NCBI RefSeq assembly: GCF_018122735.1
Contig: NZ_JAGRRD010000001.1
Location: 2,376,423-2,406,422 of the forward strand
Length of the DNA: 30,000 bases
Origin: Azoarcus sp. L1K30
Lineage (GTDB): Bacteria > Pseudomonadota > Gammaproteobacteria > Burkholderiales > Rhodocyclaceae
Reading direction: 5' to 3'
In this document: positions 24,889 through 30,000 of the stretch, in pieces
Numbering within the stretch: position 1 is the first letter of the stretch
Layout: each line of letters begins with the position of its first letter
The notes under the pieces: generated by a model
What the model was told of the DNA's origin: nothing
Databases searched by the model: none
What the model saw: the letters and a program-made list of their open reading frames with translations, nothing else
Program-made: the position numbers and the translations under genes

Positions 24889-26175
24889 TTACATCATGCC
24901 CAGTGCCCTGGGCAGGAAGGTCGAGATGCTCGGAATGTAAGTAATCATCATCAGGAATGCCAACATGGTGTACAACCACGGCATCACCGCCTTGCTCATC
25001 TCGGTCAGGCCGGCATTGGTAATGCCGCTCGCCACGAACAGGTTGAGCCCCACCGGTGGCGTGATCATGCCGATCTCCATGTTGACGGTGATCATGACGC
25101 CGAAGTGGATCGGGTCGATGCCCAGCGCGACGGCCACGGGGAACAGGATCGGTGCCAGGATGAGGATGATCGACGACGGCTCCATCAGCGCGCCGGCAAC
25201 CAGCAACAGCAGGTTTACCACCACCAGGAAACCGATCTGACCCATGCCGCTGGCCACAATGGCATCGGCCATGCGTTGCGGAATCTGCTCCGAAGTGAGG
25301 ATGAACGAGAACAGGATCGCACTGGCGATGATGAACAGCAGCATCGCGCTCATGTTCGCCGAGTCGAGCAACACGCGCGGAATCTGCTTGAAGGTCAGAT
25401 CCTTGTACACGAACACGGCGATGAAAAAGGCGTACACCGCGCTCATTGCCGCCGCTTCGGTCGGCGTAAACATGCCGGAGTAGATGCCGCCCATGACCAC
25501 GACGATCAGCATCAGCCCCCAGAATGCATCCTTGAAGTAGCGAAACTTCAGCTTCCAGGGTGCGCGCGGCAAGGTCGGATAATTATTCTTCCGGGCGACA
25601 TACCAGGTGCACAGACCGAGCATGACGGCCAGCAGCAAACCCGGAAACACCCCTGCCATGAACAGCGCGCCGACCGACGAGTTGGTGGTCACCGCGTACA
25701 TCACCATGACGATGGACGGCGGAATCAGGATACCCAGACCACCGGCCGACGCCACCACCCCGGCGCCAAAACGCACCGGGTAGCCCTGCTTGACCATCGC
25801 CGGGATCAGGATCGAGCCGATTGCCACCACGGTCGCAGGACTGGAACCCGACACGGCGGCGAACAGTGCGCAGGCAAGCACCGCCGACATGCCCAGTCCG
25901 CCACGCAGGTGACCGACCATGGCAGTGGCGAAGTTGATCATGCGTCTGGCCACCCCGCCATGGGTGAGGAAGTTGCCCGCCAGGATGAAGAACGGGATCG
26001 CCATGATCTCGAATTTCTCGATCCCGGTGAACATCTTGAGCGCAACCGCCTCGAGCGGAACGTCCGTGAAGATGAACATGAAACTCAGCACCGTGAGGCC
26101 AAGTGCCACGCCTACCGGCATGCCGATCGCCATCAGGACGACGAGCAGGCCAAAAATCGCAAGTGTATTTGTCAT
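24889..26175 (-). CDS. dctM: TRAP transporter large permease subunit
   Basis: 428 aa and highly hydrophobic with ~12 TM segments. Motifs typical of DctM are present: FTGIEKFEIMAIPFFILAGNF and GITPPVGLNLFVASG. The gene follows dctQ with a 15-nt gap that contains an AGGAG RBS. Confidence 0.9.
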   Translation of the reverse strand: MTNTLAIFGLLVVLMAIGMPVGVALGLTVLSFMFIFTDVPLEAVALKMFTGIEKFEIMAIPFFILAGNFLTHGGVARRMINFATAMVGHLRGGLGMSAVLACALFAAVSGSSPATVVAIGSILIPAMVKQGYPVRFGAGVVASAGGLGILIPPSIVMVMYAVTTNSSVGALFMAGVFPGLLLAVMLGLCTWYVARKNNYPTLPRAPWKLKFRYFKDAFWGLMLIVVVMGGIYSGMFTPTEAAAMSAVYAFFIAVFVYKDLTFKQIPRVLLDSANMSAMLLFIIASAILFSFILTSEQIPQRMADAIVASGMGQIGFLVVVNLLLLVAGALMEPSSIILILAPILFPVAVALGIDPIHFGVMITVNMEIGMITPPVGLNLFVASGITNAGLTEMSKAVMPWLYTMLAFLMMITYIPSISTFLPRALGMM

Positions 26176-26190
26176 TCTTGCATGCTCCTG

Positions 26191-26895
26191 TTAGCGCTTG
26201 CCGCCGGTGTCGGCTCGTCCGGAATCGGGTTTGCCGGCACGTCCGTGCTCGATATCCTCGGCCAGCGAAATCGCCTCGCCTTCGAGAAGAACGCTCTCGT
26301 CCTGATCCTCATCCAGCCCCTCGACATGGCCGTGGTCATGCCGCGGCAGTTCGCCGGTCCGGGCAAAGCTGACCATCACCTGCAGGAAGCGGAAACACAT
26401 CAGGAAAGAGCCGAGCGGCACCGCTGCATACACCGCCCAGGTCGGCCACTCGAGGTCGGGCGTGGTCGGCCCCTCGTAATAGCCACCACCATCGCCGCCG
26501 AACAGGCTCAGCACCGCGTGCGCCATGCCGTTCTCCCAGATGAACAGTGCGCCGAAGACACCGATGAGTCCGGTAAACACGACACCGCATATCAGGCCGA
26601 TATTGACCAGCACGGTGCGAGGCTTCTCGCCAACCTTGTTGATGAGGATGTCGACACCGACGTGAATGCCGGTACGCACCCCGTAGGCCGCACCGAACTT
26701 GGCCATCCAGACGAACAGGATGATGCAGAATTCCTGCGCCCAGCCGAAGTTCATCGACAGCAGCCAATCCTGCACGACGGGAATCGAGAAACCGGACCCG
26801 TAGCGATGGACTACCGAGACGAAGATGACCACAGTGGCCACCGCCATCAGGGTCCCAATGATGAACTCTTCGAGCCGATCGAGATATTTGATCAT
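26191..26895 (-). CDS. dctQ: TRAP transporter small permease subunit
   Basis: 234 aa with four TM segments between dctP and dctM. A ~55-aa acidic, His-containing cytoplasmic tail follows (HDHGHVEGLDEDQDESVLLEGEAISLAEDIEHG). A GGGGAGAC RBS lies upstream. Confidence 0.85.
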   Translation of the reverse strand: MIKYLDRLEEFIIGTLMAVATVVIFVSVVHRYGSGFSIPVVQDWLLSMNFGWAQEFCIILFVWMAKFGAAYGVRTGIHVGVDILINKVGEKPRTVLVNIGLICGVVFTGLIGVFGALFIWENGMAHAVLSLFGGDGGGYYEGPTTPDLEWPTWAVYAAVPLGSFLMCFRFLQVMVSFARTGELPRHDHGHVEGLDEDQDESVLLEGEAISLAEDIEHGRAGKPDSGRADTGGKR

Positions 26896-26908
26896 GATAT
26901 GTCTCCCC

Positions 26909-26946
26909 GCAAAAAACGCCCGTCAGGAGAGAGCCTGACGGGCGTT
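26909..26946 (-). terminator. Intercistronic intrinsic terminator/attenuator between dctP and dctQ
   Basis: The minus strand reads AACGCCCGUCAGG-cucucu-CCUGACGGGCGUU, a 13-bp perfect stem, followed by a run of U (GUUUUUUG). It lies 17 nt after the dctP stop and directly before the dctQ RBS. Confidence 0.65.
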
Positions 26947-26962
26947 CTGGAGTACAGGCAAA

Positions 26963-27967
26963 TTAGAGCTTGGACGGGTCGAACCCGGTTTCCTTGTAGA
27001 TGGATTGGATCAGTTCGGCACCGATCCGCGATTCCATCTTCTTGTGCACCGGCAACAGCGCCTTCTTGAACGCGAGCTTTTCAGCCGGTGTGGGCTGGTA
27101 CACCTCGGTCTTGCCCGACGCGCGCACTGCAGCGAGCGCCTTTTCGTTCTCTTCACGGGCGATGGCGTTGGCGAACGTGGTGGATTCAGCCATTGCCTTC
27201 TCGAGTTCGGTACGGACATCCGACGGCAGGCCGTCCCAGAACTTCTTGTTGGTGATCACCGCATAACCCAGGTAACCATGCTCGGTCAGCGAGACATTGC
27301 TCTGCACCTCGTGCATCTTCTGCGTATAGAGGTTGGAGTGCGGATTCTCGGTGCCATCGACAACGCCGGTCTGCAGCGCCTGGTAGACCTCGGAGAAGGC
27401 CATCACCTGCGGCAGGGCCTTGAGTTCGCGCATCTGCTCCTCGAGCACCTTGGACGACTGGATGCGCATCTTCTTGCCCTTCAGATCCTCGGGCGCCTTG
27501 ATCGGGCTGTTGGCCGAGAACGACTTGAATCCATTGTCCCAGAACGCCAGCCCCTTGATGCCCTTGGGCTCGAGCTTGCTCAGCATCATCTTGCCCACCG
27601 GACCGGTCGTGACCTTGTGCAGATCGTCGTAGCCGTCAAAGATATAGGGCAGGTCGAACACCTCGAATTCGCGCACGCCGAGGGGGCCGAACTTGGCCAG
27701 CGACGGCGCCAGCATCTGCACCGCGCCAAGCTGCAGCGCTTCCATCTCTTCCTTGTCCTTGTACAGCGTGCTGTTGGCATAGACTTCAACCTTCACCGCA
27801 CCCTTGGTGTACTTCTCGGCCAGCTCCTTGAACTTCTCGGCAGCCTTACCCTTCGGGGTGTCGGTTGCAACGACGTGGCTGAACTTGATGACGATCGGAT
27901 CGGCAGCAGCGGCAGTAGCAGTGATACCTGCAGCGACGAGACCCAGCAGAAGCGCACGAATTTTCAT
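26963..27967 (-). CDS. dctP: TRAP transporter periplasmic C4-dicarboxylate-binding protein
   Basis: The track ORF is over-extended to 28108. The ATG at 27967 is preceded by GGAGGA and gives MKIRALLLGLVAAGITATAAAADPIVIKFSHVV, a signal peptide followed by the DctP-type mature N-terminus. The product is 334 aa. Confidence 0.9.
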   Translation of the reverse strand: MKIRALLLGLVAAGITATAAAADPIVIKFSHVVATDTPKGKAAEKFKELAEKYTKGAVKVEVYANSTLYKDKEEMEALQLGAVQMLAPSLAKFGPLGVREFEVFDLPYIFDGYDDLHKVTTGPVGKMMLSKLEPKGIKGLAFWDNGFKSFSANSPIKAPEDLKGKKMRIQSSKVLEEQMRELKALPQVMAFSEVYQALQTGVVDGTENPHSNLYTQKMHEVQSNVSLTEHGYLGYAVITNKKFWDGLPSDVRTELEKAMAESTTFANAIAREENEKALAAVRASGKTEVYQPTPAEKLAFKKALLPVHKKMESRIGAELIQSIYKETGFDPSKL

Positions 27968-28215
27968 AACCCATCTCCTCCAATTGAAAAACTGACGCAC
28001 TGGATGCGTTTTCGACCTGCCTGCGGGGCGCAGCGCACCATCACTGGCAAGACCTTCGAAAGCGGGCAACCCGCCGGAAAGTGGAGTGATAATGGTCCAT
28101 CGACGCAAACGTCGCTATTGTGGAATACCGCAAATCCATTCGATGCGCGCATAAGATCAGTCAATATAGCCCCCTGCAGGGACAACCGCCCGCCGCCACC
28201 ATTTGCTGCCGCTCA

Positions 28216-30000
28216 ATGCCCTCGACACTCACGAACAGTCCCTCCGCAAGAAGGCGCAACCGCTGGATCGGCCGCCTGCCTTATTTCGCACTCGCCTTCT
28301 TCCTTGCCACCATCGCCTTGTTGGTCTGGCTCACGCGCCAATACGACGCGGAGGAACAGCAGTCGGCCCTGATCACCGATGTCTTGTGGATGGAGCAGAA
28401 CCTGCGCTTCCAGCTCGACCGCAATGAAGCCCTGCTGCAGCAAATCGGGCCGGAATTGCTGGACCGCAGCACGCGCCCCTCGAACCAGACCGAGGCCCAG
28501 CTCCGCCAACTGATGAGCCAGGATCGCGGCATCGTCCGCGTGCTGTGGATCGACGCCCAGGGGGCGCTGAAGGGTTCGCTGCCGCCACAGACGGAGACCA
28601 GTGTCGTCGGCGAGAGCGAGGGCGCGTCGCCTTCTGAGTCGGTGATGAAGCTGGCGCGCGCGCTGGGACGTCCGGTCTACGGCCCGGCTTACCCTGTGCT
28701 TGGCGACGAATACCATTTCGAAGTCTATGTTCCCGCTTGGTCCGAGGAAGCCTTTCTAGGCGTCGTGGTCGCGGAGTACTCGCTCTCGGACCTCGTTTCG
28801 CGAGAACTTCCGTGGTGGTTCTCGGAACGCTACCGGGTCGCCGTGCTCGACCCCGACGGACGCGAGATCGCGGCGAAGTCCAAGATTTCGCCGCTCGCCT
28901 CGCACCTGAGCTATACCACCCCATTCGAGCCACCGGGCCGCGGGCTGACGCTGCAGATCACCGCCTACAAGGGTGAAACGCGCTGGATGCCAGTGCTGCT
29001 GATCGCCTCCATCGTGCTCTTCGGCGCGGTCATCGTGTGGAGTATTTGGCAGTTGCGACGGCAGCTTGCTCGACGCCAGGAGGCCGAGCAGGCATTACGC
29101 AGCGAATCGGCGTTCCGCAAGGCGATGGAGGATTCGGTGATCACCGGACTGCGGGCGCGCGACCTCGACGGCCGCATCACCCACGTCAACCCGGCCTTCT
29201 GTCGCATGACCGGATTCAGCGCCGACGAGCTGATCGGCGCCATGCCCCCCATGCCCTACTGGGACCCGGACCAGATCGACAACACGCTACAGGTTCACGA
29301 CGTCGTCATGGCCAGCGGCACCCCGCCCGACGGGCTGGAAGTGTCGCTGCGGCGTAAGAATGGCGAGCGCTTCAGCGCCCTCATTTTCGAAGCCCCCCTG
29401 ATCGACGCCGAGGGCCACAACAACGGCTGGATGGGCTCGGTACTGGACATCACCGAACAGAAACGGGCGCGCGAACTGGCCCGCCAGCAGGAGGAAAGAC
29501 TGCAGGCGACATCACGCCTGATCACCATGGGCGAAATGGCCTCCACGCTCGCACACGAACTCAACCAGCCTCTGGCGGCCATCGCGAGCTACAACAGCGG
29601 CTGCATCAACCGAATCGACGCCGGCGAGGTCGACCCCGCCGAACTGCGCGAAATTCACGAAAAGATCGGGCGTCAGGCGAGAAGGGCTGGTGAAATCATC
29701 CGCCGTGTCCATGATTTCGTGCGTCGATCCGAGCCCAAGCATGAATCCATCGACCTCAACGGCGTGATCCGCGAAGCCGTGGGTCTGGTCGAGGCCGATT
29801 CGCGCAAACGCCAGATGCGATTAGAGATCGATCTCGCGCCCCAGTCGCCTCGCGTCATGGCCGACCCGGTGATGATCGAGCAGATCATGGTCAATCTGGT
29901 ACGCAATGGCATGGACGCGATGCGCACCACCCCGGCAAAATCACGGGTCATTCGCATCCGCACCCGTTCCGCGGCGAACACCGCCGAGGTGCGCGTCATC
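28216..30000 (+). CDS. Sensor histidine kinase, DctS/DctB-like (periplasmic sensor + PAS + HisKA/HATPase), 3' end outside the window
   Basis: Not in the ORF track because it has no stop in the window. My translation from the ATG at 28216 gives MPSTLTNSPSARRRNRWIGRLPYFALAFFLATIALLVWL (TM1), then a ~240-aa periplasmic segment. TM2 is WMPVLLIASIVLFGAVIVWSIW. The PAS domain contains ITHVNPAFCRMTGFSADELIG. The H-box is MASTLAHELNQPLAAI and the N-box begins MVNLVRNGMDAM. The frame is open to position 30000. The gene is divergent from dctPQM. The start codon lacks an obvious RBS, so its position is approximate. Confidence 0.8.
   Translation, partial: MPSTLTNSPSARRRNRWIGRLPYFALAFFLATIALLVWLTRQYDAEEQQSALITDVLWMEQNLRFQLDRNEALLQQIGPELLDRSTRPSNQTEAQLRQLMSQDRGIVRVLWIDAQGALKGSLPPQTETSVVGESEGASPSESVMKLARALGRPVYGPAYPVLGDEYHFEVYVPAWSEEAFLGVVVAEYSLSDLVSRELPWWFSERYRVAVLDPDGREIAAKSKISPLASHLSYTTPFEPPGRGLTLQITAYKGETRWMPVLLIASIVLFGAVIVWSIWQLRRQLARRQEAEQALRSESAFRKAMEDSVITGLRARDLDGRITHVNPAFCRMTGFSADELIGAMPPMPYWDPDQIDNTLQVHDVVMASGTPPDGLEVSLRRKNGERFSALIFEAPLIDAEGHNNGWMGSVLDITEQKRARELARQQEERLQATSRLITMGEMASTLAHELNQPLAAIASYNSGCINRIDAGEVDPAELREIHEKIGRQARRAGEIIRRVHDFVRRSEPKHESIDLNGVIREAVGLVEADSRKRQMRLEIDLAPQSPRVMADPVMIEQIMVNLVRNGMDAMRTTPAKSRVIRIRTRSAANTAEVRVI

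Noticed and set aside
27968-28215. A possible sigma-54 promoter in the dctP-kinase intergenic region. The plus strand reads TGGCAAGACCTTCGAA, and I also scanned the minus strand upstream of dctP.
   Set aside because: The -12 element reads TTCG rather than TTGC, so the GG/GC spacing rule fails. It also points toward the kinase gene rather than dctP. No GG-N10-GC match with TTGC exists on the dctP strand. The small ACGCA/TGCGT hairpin (5 bp) near the dctP RBS is too weak to call.
24652-28372. Two very long plus-strand ORFs, 24652-27069 (805 aa) and 27005-28372 (455 aa).
   Set aside because: They lie antisense to dctM/dctQ and dctP, all of which have unmistakable TRAP-transporter sequences. The plus-strand translations are His/Arg/Asp/Gln-rich low-complexity sequence without motifs or RBS.
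1-30000. A whole-window search for CRISPR arrays, tRNA or rRNA genes, IS elements, integrases, toxin-antitoxin pairs and defence-island signatures.
   Set aside because: I saw no direct-repeat arrays, cloverleaf-capable conserved tRNA motifs, transposase- or integrase-like ORFs or terminal inverted repeats. Composition is uniform apart from short AT-rich regulatory patches (about 780-850 and 3125-3160). The window reads as core chromosome with a catabolic (acx) module.

Overview
This is a high-GC (~65%) proteobacterial chromosomal segment. The gene content looks betaproteobacterial or Rhodocyclales-like, but that is inference only.

Genes from left to right:
- An exported M48 metallopeptidase (-).
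- The sigma-54 activator AcxR (-), divergent from the acetone carboxylase operon acxABC (+).
- After a GC-rich hairpin, a single-polypeptide (A+B fused) family-I 3-oxoacid CoA-transferase, then a translationally coupled carboxymuconolactone-decarboxylase (CMD) family gene.
- A SWIM zinc-finger/SNF2 helicase (+).
- An MscS-family channel and the crcB fluoride channel (-).
- glnS (+).
- A tightly packed cluster (+): membrane-fusion protein, ABC ATPase, two FtsX-type permeases and a small secreted protein.
- A small Cys-rich ORF (+).
- A TerC/Alx-family membrane protein (-). It is preceded by a yybP-ykoY (Mn2+) riboswitch with its own promoter, a competing hairpin and an intrinsic terminator.
- An RsuA/RluB-family pseudouridine synthase (-).
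- The dctPQM TRAP transporter (-), with an internal dctP-dctQ terminator.
- A divergent PAS sensor histidine kinase (+) that runs off the window. It is missing from the ORF track because it has no stop codon in the window.

Several track ORFs are over-extended at the N-terminus, and I give corrected starts. Many long antisense ORFs are high-GC shadow frames.

I saw no tRNA or rRNA genes, CRISPR arrays, transposases, integrases or recognisable defence genes. I do not see convincing evidence for a wholly new multi-gene system.

The observations most worth following up are:
- the acxR-acxA control region (sigma-54 promoter, IHF site and twin palindromes as a candidate AcxR operator, plus GACAC repeats in the leader);
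- the extension of the acx operon by a fused CoA-transferase and a CMD-family protein;
- the Mn riboswitch expression platform;
- the ABC cluster with its small secreted partner, and the neighbouring Cys-rich miniprotein.
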